DNA of 64,000 nucleotides from Hydrolagus affinis (Eukaryota). The DNA lies in contig JAAILG010000169.1 in NCBI GenBank assembly GCA_012026655.1, positions 62,001 to 126,000 of the forward strand, in the 5' to 3' direction. A program made the translations under genes and the position numbers. Of the stretch, positions 12,201 through 24,200 are shown in pieces (the stretch's first letter is position 1; every line of letters begins with the position of its first letter). The notes under the pieces are model-generated. The model had not been told where the DNA came from, did not search any database, and was given only the letters and a program-made list of their open reading frames with translations.

Positions 12201-15200
12201 ATACAGGGTATTCCTAAGTGTTGCAATAGGAACAGACAGTGCACTTACTGGTATGTACTTTACAGCTAGCGCGCTCAAGTGGTTGTGGTCTGGCAACACT
12301 GCGTTTAAACGCTACTCTATTGTGGCACTGTGCGTGTGTGTATGTGTGGTGGTGGTTGGGGGTGGGGGGGGGTGCGGAGTGGTACAGCTCACTGTCACAG
12401 AATCCCAAATGTGCAGCTAAACTCCACAAGGTCACCAGAGAGGTGTTGTTTCAGTATTGCCCCATGTAACATTTAGGGCTTCATGGACACTTGAAATAAC
12501 AGACTATACAAGGAGCTTAATTTCTCTCCTGATGTTCTGGGCCAACATGTGAAACTGATCATACACTTCATTTCCGGCTGTTTGTGAGACATTGCTGTGC
12601 TTAAATTGGCTGCCGCTTTCACCCACAAAATACAGTCATCGTATTTTGCAGCGAAGCACTTTGACACGTCCTTTTGATGTGAAAGATGCTACATCAAATG
12701 TAAGGATTATTTATCATTATTATTAATAAGTAAAGCAAGGATGGGATTTGGACTCTCAAACAGCTCTAGTAAGTAGGAAAAACGAGTGGGGGAGAAAGTG
12801 TTTTTTCTTTGTGAGCTGATGGCAGAGGCGTATTGCTGTGGACACCTCAGCAACTGCTATTAGTCACTAGGTAATGCTCTCACGTGGCTTACATTCCTCA
12901 AGAGACTGGAGTTCTGTGCATTTTATATTCTTTCCCTCTCACCCACCCTCCAACCCATCAAGACTATGATTACCATTAACACAGAGGGAGCACTTCTCAT
13001 AACATAGTCATCAAGTTGGCTGAATCAAACCTTCCCACAAATTCCTCTGGTGATGTGTAGTTTTAGTCGGGAGCAGTAATCAGTGGTGGGTGACAAAGGC
13101 GGAGAATTATCTCGCCAAGGCAGCGTAGGGGCCACCCTCAGCACGACAAGCAACCAGACTTTCGTGGTGCATTAGTTTTGCTTATTAAAGCAAAGAGATT
13201 TGGTGCCAGGAGAACCTGGCAGATACTTTCCCACTTTTTTCAGCCATCAGACACTCCCAAGATCAGTTATCAGCAAAGCTATTTGAGGAGAAAAGCATCT
13301 CCTCCACCCCAGGCAACCTGTAGTTTCACCAATTTGCCAATTCATAATCCAGATTGCAGCACCTTTTGCAACATAGACCCTTATCTACAAAAGTGGTTGA
13401 GATTATTGATCCATTACATTTTGATATAGCGCCTTTCACGGCAGGCGAATATCTCAAAGTGCTTCACAGTATATAGTGTAAAGTGTTGGCACTATATATT
13501 TTAGAGGCAAATGCATAACAAATTATGTTTGTAGTATCATGACAGCCAGCAGAGAGGAAAGTATGGGCTAGGCAAGTCTCAAGAGGTAAAATGCAGTGAT
13601 ATGTACAGCCCCATCTAGGAGCTAAACATGGGAACGTGCTTGTCTGTTTTAATAAAAGGGTTTGTAGCCTGGATCCTTCCCTAAGGTTGAAATGTAATTC
13701 GTATTAATCACCAAGATCAAGTCAATAAAGGGAAGAATTGGACTGAATAAAATCAATGGATCTGCTTCTGAGGGCTGCCCAATGATCCAGTTAGACAGTC
13801 TCCAGCTAACCAGCCAGGGCAACCATTAATGTTATTATCTCCTGGGCTGGTGGGAGGGAGGAAAGAGATCAGTTTAAGGCTGCTGATCTTGATCACTATC
13901 CAATGTCTCCTGCTGGAAGAGGGTCTTATGTTCTCCATGAAGGCAGGACACTGCTCGACTATGATACCCGAACCACAGTGAAATCCCAGCTCTCTGTCTG
14001 GCTCACAGAATGAGCTGGATTTCTTTATTTTCTCTCTGTCAATATTCCGCTTCCCTCGTCTCCCAAAACCCGACTGAGATATCAGAAGGCAATGAGCGCC
14101 CATGAAGCAGAAGGTAAATTAGGTCAAATAATATTTTCAGCAGATGAGACAAGAAGAATACATTCACAGAAAACAAAGAAATCCAGCTTTTGGAATGGGT
14201 TGATTTGGAACCAATTGGTAACAGATGGAAATAATAATAATCATCCTTGCATTTGATATAGCACTTTTCACGTCTTCTAGATGTATAAAAGCGCTTCACA
14301 GAATATACTGTAAAGTGAATTGACTGTACATTTGTGGGCAAAATACAGCAGACAATTGCGCACAGCAGTGTCCCACAAACAGTCATGGATTGAAATGACC
14401 AATTTATTATTGTTTAAGTGTTTTTGAGGGATTATTATTAGGTATATAAGGCGAGTGCTCTAACCACTGAGCTTTAGGATTCCAAATGTCCCATCATGAA
14501 AGGTAACAGGTTGAGCAGGTAATATGTGGGATGTAAAGTTAACTCTTTTGATGTTTAACTTGATTTACTATTGGGAACAGAGAGAATCCCTGAGGAATCT
14601 TTCTCTGGGAAATGTATTAGGTTGGGTAGGGGTGGTGACCAAAGAGAGGGATACACATGTTTTGGGTCAGGAATGGATGGGAGGGATCTGGAGTGGCTCG
14701 TTTTGTTTGCTCTGTGTTGCGTTAGTGCTGCAGAGACATCCCGCATGTGGTAACCAGAGGGCCTCCACTAGTTTCCCAGACCCCAGAGACCTAGACCCCT
14801 CCGCACTCTACAGAGAATACACCTTCTGCCCCCAAACACCACAATGTAGGAGCAATTTCACTGGAAATCACTCTACCAATAGAGGCAAGCTGCAAGTGCC
14901 GTGGATTTCATTTGGTTTTGAGTAGTGCACAATTTTTCTTTCCACTTTTGTTTGTTAACAAGATGTGGGACTTAGAAAAATAAAGTATGGGATGGAAAAT
15001 ATACAACTTTTCCTTTTACAATATAGTAAAATGAAAATGTTTTTTTTTGTTGACAATCAAGATGGGTTAAAGGCTCACTGTTGTCTTCAGCAGCGTGTCA
15101 CAGTGGAACATTTCTAAGATTCTCCCAGGAAAAGGAAACAACACATCACTCAACCAGAACATTGAAAGAGCTATACACACATTTTAACTTTGGCCTAACT

Positions 15201-18200
15201 TACGTATTCGAGCTAACATTAAATCAGAAACAATGATTAATCGTATCACAACAGAATATTTTTTTTTTACAAATCAACTTTTTTTTGTTGAGCATAAAAT
15301 TAAAAGTAAAAAAACGCAGGTTACTGAAGTATCTCACTAAATACACGCTGAGGACTGGTGACCCAGCTCTCATAAAACTCCAAAAGTAGTTGCCCCAGCA
15401 ACATAAAGAGATCAGATCAATAAAATAAATTAATAGTTTATTAAGGCAGGATATTAAGACATTAATTTGTTTTGTTTTTAAAACTAGTTTAGCTATTTTG
15501 GGGTGGGTTGGGGGGAGGGGGGAGGGGGTGTGAAACTTTCAAGGGCTGTGGCCTTTTGTGATTGAACAATCTTTTGCTGCAGGTGAAGACTTGAGCAAAG
15601 TTAACACTGGAGTAAGCAACAATTAGAGAGGGAACGGCGAAAGCAGTGTGTACCAAATTACAAGACAAGCCAGCAGTTCTGCTTGTCTAGAATCAAGTTA
15701 AAATTGTAGGTGTCACCCATGCATCTGAAAGGCTTATGGTGGGGGGGGGATAAAGAGATCTTCTGACGCTTACAATTTATTGGGGGTTTAATTTATATGC
15801 GCCAGTGTAGGGATTTCTTTACTACACCTGTTGTTTTACCCCTCTGGGTATCTGCAAACAAAAAAAACTAGACATGTACATCAACCTTACAAGTTTCCCA
15901 AGGACTCCTCTCCTCACTCCCTCCTCTCTCACTTCCAGGGGCCATCTTCCAGGTTGCCCAGTTTCAACACTGTAAGAAAGTCTTGTGCAAACAGCTGGCT
16001 CTCAGAAGAGGAGAGGAAAAAAAAATACACACTACTGGTGTAATCGCCTTTCTTTTTCTTCTTTTTGTCATATAATCCATAGGTACTATGTTGAGTACTC
16101 TTAGATTTTTTATATATAGGTAAAAAAACGAGCGGTTTCCAATGGTGACTGAGGTGGAGAAGTGCAATTAAGAGGCAGCAAGAGATACACACACATATAT
16201 ATATGTAGGTATATATATATATATATTCTGTTCGGTCTTTCCTAGCCGCGGGGTTTTTTCAACAGTTTGAGCTGTAATCGTCCTTTTCGAGTTTTATTGT
16301 CAGAGCTGGTTCGACTCCGGTGACGTAGCCATTAGGGAAGTGGACGTTTTTGAAATTGGCCGAGTGTACGCTCTTCTTGGCAGCGTAGCGGTAGTGCTGC
16401 CGGTAAAGCACCATGCCCAGAGAGATGGAGAGCAGCACTACCACCGCACCTCCTCCCGCCATTATGTAATACCAGTAGGTGGGGATGGGCTGCACTGACA
16501 CAGACTCCACCGTGGGTTCGCTCCCTGCAGGGTGTGCCTCTGGTGGAGAGAGACAAAATAGTGCTTTGGGAAGCCGTGGCAAGCGGAGAATGGGACCATC
16601 GCATTCATTCACAAGAGCATGCTCAGCGGGCACAGTGCATCATGGGAATGCGCTTTTGACCCTCGCCCGGGTCGGGGTCACGGCCCTCACACGGGCGGTG
16701 CCTGGAGCCTGATGGGAGGCCAGGCAAAGGGGGGGTGGGGGAGGGGGTGGGGGGAGAGTCCCCCAATCCTCAACTCTGGGGAAACTGGCACCACAATACT
16801 CCTTGCGGCAGAAGGAGAAATCGGGCAGCGAGGGCACTCAAGAAAGGCAACAGATTCAGGCAGGAGGAGACTTCACACCTCTCCCACCATCGCCCACCTG
16901 AATGCCTTTGGCACATTTACCTCCACATCAACCAACCCTTTTTTTTTTAAAAACCAAAAAAAAGTTGGCGAGGAACTTGTCCACTTACTTTTTGAACCAA
17001 TCTGTAGCTTCTTGGCTCCACCACCTGGGCTGGTGACGTGTTTCACATGCCCAGTGCCTTTCACTAACACAAAATGTCACCCGCATTTACTGTTCCCCTT
17101 CTCTTGTACCTATTTTGAAGATTGTGGCCCCTTGTTTAGGAATTTGGGGGCACAGAGGAAAACCTAATCTGTGTCCACATTTTACAAACCCTTCAAATAC
17201 TCGGATCAAGTCTCCCCTCAGTCTACTCTATGCAAGCGAGCAGAGTCCCAGGGCAGCCAATCTACTCATTCGAGTCATTCCCCCATAGAGCGTCCCTCAC
17301 ACATTGGAACATTCCAGTCTGCTTCCCACCTGAATATGCTTTTTGAAATAGGAAGGCCAAGTGTGACCTTGCAAGCACTGTACATAGTACAGTACAACAT
17401 TGTTGTTAGTGCTCTAGGTGTGATCTCGGTAACACTGCACTAGAATTTGTATGTTAAACCTGGAGACATATACCCGGTTTAAGAAAAATATTTAACAACA
17501 CTGTACCCGATGGTTTCAGTAACTCTTAAAAGATAACTCAAATTGGCTGCCCAGTTCTTCACTCACTCAGCACACAGGTGCCTTTGCTAAAAACACAAGG
17601 CCATATACCTCCTCCCAGCAAGTCCGAACAGGCAGGCAAGCGGGATCCCATGATGCATTGTGGCTTCAATCAATACCGCTGCCCACAATGATAAATGGTA
17701 GTAACACAATCAATGGCAATGCATGCAAAAGGGCAGTCACTGCGGGTCATTCCTCCACATTACACACAAGGATTATCAATTAAATAAGCTTGAAACAGTT
17801 CTGAAGTCCGATGAGCTATAACCTCAAACTTTAAAAAAAATTTCTACTGAATTACTTTTTGTCCCCGTGACTTTGCTGGACGTGTAATTAAAGCTTTTCA
17901 CAATATTGACAAGCTGCGAATTGCCTGACTCTATCCCGCTCTGTAATGCTTTCATTATTGTCGCTGTTTGAAGTAGCAAGAAAGTATATCAGTGCAATCT
18001 CAAAGCTGCTCTCCAGTGTTGTTGAAGTGTAATTGCTTCAAGCCACTTTGGTTTTCTACCCTGGGTTTCACTGCTTTCAACAGTTCATGAAGGTCCAGGA
18101 TAATTGATCAAATAGTCCTGAACCAGCCTTGGCTTAAACCCACTGAAGATGAAATAAGAACCTGAGGCATGCACTGCAGTCTATAACCACCCATCTGATT

Positions 18201-21200
18201 AAACCACTCCTTTCATTCCTCACAACATGAAGATAAGACGACCTTTATTTCAGGTACCAGTAACTTACCTGGTGGTGGATTTGGTGGGCCGATGCCAGGA
18301 AAAGCAGAGATGGGTTCTGCAAATAAAATACATGGTTTGTTTAATTTAAGTGCATGAACAAGACTGTAGAACAAAGGACATGGGTTTAGATTTGTAAAAT
18401 GCAATTTCAGAAGGTACTTCTTTACTCAGAGGGTAAGTAATAAATGGAACAGGTTGCCTAAGAAAGAAGGCCACTATAATAGACTTGATGCAGTAATGAG
18501 TGGACGGAAGAATAATAAGAATAATCCTTGCTTTGATATAGCACCTAATCACGTCTTCTAAACACCTCAAAGCACTTCACAAGACTAGAGGGATTAGAAT
18601 GTATTGGCTGAAGGGCCTTCTTTATCCAGATCAATGTTGTGAGGAATTATAGAGTCTTTTAGGACGTCCTCCAGAAGTGAAAGGCGCTACACAAGTGTAA
18701 TTTTGTTGTTTTTGTTGTTAATATCTTAATACAGTCAGAACTCTTAGCCTGTTGCATTTTAATGTCTTTTTTGGCTTTCCTTTCATACACTTTGCCTGCA
18801 CCCACAGTTCTTCATGAGGCAACGTAAAATTGGAATGTTTTCAATAGAGAAAAGTCTCTGTTTAAGTGTGGAGGGTTCAGGGCAGAAATTATGCTACTTA
18901 CGGATGCATTGGTCCAGAGATAGGTGTGTTACTATGGCAATGTCATCAATCGCAATCTCTCCACCAACACCACTTCCAATGATGCCTTCGATGATAACCT
19001 GAGAACAGAAAACAAATGGGAAAACGTCTGAGTAAAGAAGGGACTGTTTGAGAGATGACGCACTGCGGGACTGTAGCGATGGGTGAGCTGCACATGGATT
19101 TCCATGTTGAGGTTTATTTTCAGAAGGGCGTTTTCAAATCAAGTAAAAAAATTGTGAGGTCAGACAAAAGGTTGTGTTTTTTTTAGTGTTGAGAGATTGG
19201 TGACTCTTACCTGATAGTCAGTATTATATCCCGGAAGAATGATCTTTCCTTCCTTCCACTTATCCCCCTGATCTCCCCTGAGTGACCAGAGCATCATATC
19301 GTCTGATTTCTTCCTCAGCAGCACCTGTAGATTCCCAATGTTGGGGCCTTTCATGAGATACAAGAAGACCATGCAGCGATGGCTGTTCATTGGTGGTACA
19401 ATAGGGCTGAGCAGCCTGGCGTGCTTCCCACTGCCCGTGGTACTGCCTTCAATCTGCAAGTAATTCCATTTATCTGGAAAGGGGAGAGATAAAAGCCCCA
19501 GAAGATGAAACTCCATGCAATGCACTGAAAACCAGGTAGACTGGACTTCCATCGAGTAGAAGTCAACGTCAAGGTTTCTAAAACAGAAATACCCTATTCT
19601 TTTTTCCGCTGCCATTTAACATCGCTATTCTCGTCATCATCAGAACAGGTTTGTTTAAACAAAGTTCAGACGAGCTGTGAACGGGGACACCTGGCTAGAT
19701 GGGACTGAAAAGGTTTGCTCTTAAAAGTTGATGCCACAGAGCCAAGTGGCCTTCTCCTGTGCTGTTCATTTCTGCCATTTCCCCTTTTCCTCTTCCTCCT
19801 CCAACAACCAAAATGAGAACAAACGAAGATTACTAAAAATTCCTAAAGTAAGTGCTGCGAGATTGATACTCTGCGGGTTAGGGTGCTATAAAACTGCAAT
19901 TTGTTGTTTTTATATCACTGGGAGTTCCAGCTCTGTGATAGCATCATCACTTTCCCCCAATCAGAAGCTCTGGATTCCTGCCCTTTAGTCCCTAATAGAG
20001 CAACCACAGTGTTATAGAGCAACATTCTGTACCAGACCGAGAACACATCTGGCTTTGCTTATTGCTGCGTTCCACAAGGGTCTCACTGGCACACGACCAC
20101 CATGAGCAGATCAGAAAGTTCCCATTTAGCCAAAGGGCAGTGATTAGCTCTGACTTAACTGTGAGAGTCTGTCAGCAATAAGCGGTTGCTCTGCCATGGA
20201 ATTAGATGGCTCACAATAATTTCATTTGCTCTGTGATTACCAGCTTCTGCGGTGAGGTTAAAATTGAGTCTAATTTCAGGGTGGGGTTGGGAGGAATGTC
20301 TCAAGAGCTGTAAATGAGCTGTGCCCAGGAGTGGGACCACCAAACCCATGATCAAGCAATACCAAACGCCCCAAATTCCACCCAGTCTTTGCCCTTGAGG
20401 CCACTTGATCTTTGTCATCCATTTTTTTTTGCTTAAACAAAATGTTGACATTGTGGAAAATGGCGCAAAACGATTACAATTCTTGAAACGGGCTCCAAAA
20501 ACTAAGGCTCAATCTACATTCCTGCCCCCATCTTAAAATTTTAACTTGAAATTCTGCTATAACAACAACTTGCATATTTATATTGCATCCCTCATGCAGG
20601 GCTGCTGCCCAGAGAATTTCAGGTCTCAGCCAGGGTGGGAATCAATCACACACACGGAAAGAAAAATCCTGGGCGGTGGTCATTTTGTGTGTGTGTGATA
20701 GTGGTGGGAGGGTAGAGAGTAGGTTGGAGGAGATAAATGTACTAATTTATAGAGTATGTGAAACACCCAAAGAGAGATCCTGGGGGGCCATTCAGTCTAG
20801 GTTTAAGGCACTAGGCCATATGAGTAGTAGCTGCCTCATTACTCTCCCTTCCTGCTGATTTCATCAAACGCAAGGGGTGTCACAGTAATCAATGGCAACA
20901 GACAATAAGACTGCAAGAACAAACCGTGTGCACACAGTTCTGTCTCACTGGTATAGCAAATAATTATTCTGTGGTTTCTTTCTCTCCTCTGCTCTCTTCA
21001 TTCTTTCCCCGGCCCTAATGCCACGTACTCGTCTGCTGACTGAAGACACTGACCTGCATTGATTCTCTGCCACACCCAACAAAAAAATTGCATCTATAGA
21101 GCACCTTTATATTTACAAGCACCCAGCACCTTGGGATGTCCTCCCGATGTGAAAGTCGCTCTAAACGTGTTATGTTGTTGTTGTTGTTATATGGGTAGCG

Positions 21201-24200
21201 TCTTGCCGTGCTTAAATAGCCATCAATAGCTGACTAGCAGCACGTGTGAGTGGATTCCAAAGAGGGTGTGCTTCTACAAGGACACACATGGCCTTTGCCC
21301 AACCAGAACAATAATAAACCCTGCGTTTGATATAGTCCCTAAAATGTCAAGCTTCTCAAAGCACTTCACAGGTGATTGTGTTTTGTAAACAGTCCACAGA
21401 TAGCTGAAAGTAAGTGGGGGTGGGGGGGTGGTGCTACAATACCAGGAGAAACCTTTCCAATAAAACCGTGGGTTCCGTAACATCCACTGTGCTCTCACTG
21501 TGTGGCCAAGACCAGGGTCAAGTCTGTGAGGTGAGAAATTAATCAGGAGTAATGTTGCTTTAAGAGTTGCTGCAATTACAGCTGAACCTATGCATATGGA
21601 TTAGCGCCAGAACCTGCTGCCTTGTGACAGTCTTGTGAGTAAACATGTTCTGTCATGCGTTTTTAAATAGAGTTGTAACAGAACTTGTCTGATCAAAGCA
21701 GTGTTTGAAGGAACCATGTTGTGTCTCAGTATTAATATTACAGTATCAATCCACGGCTGACAAGACTCCCAACCAGCTTGCTCCGCCACCAGGAACTCCC
21801 AATTCCCACTTGTGAAAAAAGAGGAAGAAACAGTTCAGACTTTCTTTTGTTTCAAAGCGCGTTTACCTGTGACATGGTCCTGCCCTAACCCTGTCTCAGG
21901 GCTCTCAGAGTGAGATCGCCATTTAGACTCGACGGTCGGGTCGTGGGACCACCCACACAGCTCATTGTCCCCCATGTCCTTGAAGCTGCAGTTGAAACCT
22001 TCGATGCTGGACTTGATATCTGCATAAGGAGAAGACAAAAAATCCACTTGATTATTAATACACCCGAAAGCACCTTGTCACACTGACATCTCGCAAAGGC
22101 TTCAAGGTGGTCTCTCTTGCAGGGGCTGTTTATGTAGGGCAACTCGACAGCCATCTGTACCCGAGTGAACCGTCTCACAAAAGCCGTGAGGTTGAACGAG
22201 ATATTATCATGGAAAAGTTTGGCTAAGATGTATGTTTTGCAAAGCACTGTGTGGTTTTAGTAAAAATCCAGCCAAACAGACAGTCAGGATCTCAGTTTAA
22301 CGTCTCAGCCAAAGGATAAAGTGCACTGGAGAGTCAGCCTAGTCTCAACGAGTTCAAAATCCTGATATGTGGCTGGAACCCAACAGCAACAACTTGCGTT
22401 TATATAGCACCCTTCATGTGGGGTAGCCTACCGAAGCATCTTATGAGGTGACCGTAAGCATGATCGAAAAGGAAGGTCTTTAGGTGGGATTTAAAAGTCG
22501 AGAGGGAGGGGGCAAGGTAGAGGGCTTGAGGGAGAGAGTTTCAAGAGTTTCGAGGAATAGTCGCTGAAGGCACAGCAGGAGGCTGGAGCCAACCGAGCGG
22601 AGCCAGCGGGTGGCAGGTAAGCAAATCGGATATGTAGGGAGATGAAAGGGGATGAAGGGATTTGAAAATGAGTGAGCTGGCAGTGGAGGATATTCGTTCC
22701 AACTCTTCATCTTGGATTGGATTTGACTCCAGCCACAGAGGACAAAGAAGCATGCTCACAAATCCACTGCCCCCACATTGTCCTTTTCAGATTCCTTCCA
22801 TGTAGCTGCAATGTTAAGTCTTGTGGTTAATTAATTAATTCCGCAGGAGGATCGATGAAAGCCTGCTCCCAGGTCTCGCAGATTGTACCAATGCCATTTG
22901 CAACAGGGCGAGAAGAATATTATGGTCAAACCTTTACACAGGATGTCTGATGATCAGGAGGCAGTTTTTTTTAAGGTGCTGATCTCCCCAGTTAGCCTGC
23001 TATAAAGTAGACGGGGACACACACACACAGCTCAGGGTGCTGGAACTCTCAGGTAAGATTAATTAACAAAAATACTAATATGTCCACTTAATAAATCTGT
23101 TCCCACATAGTGTACCTATAGATTGCCGTCATTTATGTAAAGGCTTTCATCAGCTTTACAATTACCCCACCATCCTAATGGGTTAAACAGTAATGGGAGG
23201 AGTTCTTATACAAAGGCCCACGTTAAAGACCTCATATTAAAAAAAAATCCTGTTGGTTGCCCTGTAAAGAATAAATCAGTTAAAGACATCTCTGGATTTA
23301 CCACAGCTTATTAGGGAGATGAGGAAATTGCATATTGAAAGAGAGACAATCATCAGGAGATAAAAGGGAAAAGCAACAGGTGCAGAAAGAGAGGTGTGAT
23401 ATAGAATTTGAACTAAAATATACTCAGCGGAATGTGAGAGAGAGAGAGAGAGAGAGGGAAGTGCGGGGTGGGAGGGATAAGTGGGAAAGTGCAGTAGCAC
23501 CTGCTGTCACCATGGAAACGGAGATAGAAAGACGAGTGCGGAGGGAAGAGGTGCTGAACCTGAGTGATCGGCAGCTGGGGGGGCCTCTTCAGTCACGAGA
23601 TGGGAAAAGGCCGAAAGGTTGCATTAATGCAGAGAAATAAAAGCCTCACAGGAGAAAGGAACTAGCTCCGACGTGTGTTCTAACCGGCAACATCTTTATA
23701 GCTGCAAATGAGGATGGGTTGAGAGTGTCAAATATTCAGAGGTCGGCAATTTGATTGTCAGATCAGACAGTATTTCAGTTACTAACCTGATATTAAAGGG
23801 GACATTTGCTTTACAAGAGAGCTGCACAAGGGAACTAATTCCTGTTCAAATAAAACCCCTGATTTTCTACTCTTACTGAGGGCGCAAACTCATAGTTGAG
23901 GTCTTATTGCACGGGCAACAACAGCCACCATTATTGTTGCTGAGTCAGCGCTGGCAAGGTACCGGGTCAGAGGTGGGGAGGATCAGAGCTGGAGCCTGAT
24001 TCTGCCCACTCTCCTCCAGCAGAGGTCACTGCAAAGCCAATAGGAACGAGAGTCCTCAATGTGTTAAGCGCTCAGACGCCACCGTGCCTGGATATAAATG
24101 AATGCAACTTGTTGCTGTTGGAATATTTTCCTTCCTCCATAACCCAGTGGCACAATTGCATTATAGCCTTGGATCAAACACAGGATGATTCCTGTGAGTA

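Noticed and set aside
15500-15530. G-run clusters (also ~12357, 32940, 39005, 53940) as G-quadruplexes
   Set aside because: Poly-G/C tracts are frequent throughout this window and show no specific positional signal.
16292-16298. AATAAA on the mRNA strand within exon 16b
   Set aside because: It lies in coding sequence (Thr-Ile-Lys codons of the conserved TIKLE motif) and is explained by protein constraint.
16619-17167. 182-aa + strand ORF and other long ORFs (714-1181, 8685-9137, 35054-35470, 56959-57387)
   Set aside because: No recognisable domains. They are low-complexity, antisense or repeat-derived, as expected by chance in vertebrate introns.
22759-22806. Exon-like segment (cag|CTACATGG...TT|gtgagc) on the minus strand as a candidate exon 11
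   Set aside because: Its length breaks the phase between exons 10 and 12. The 117-nt exon at 24902-25018 fits.
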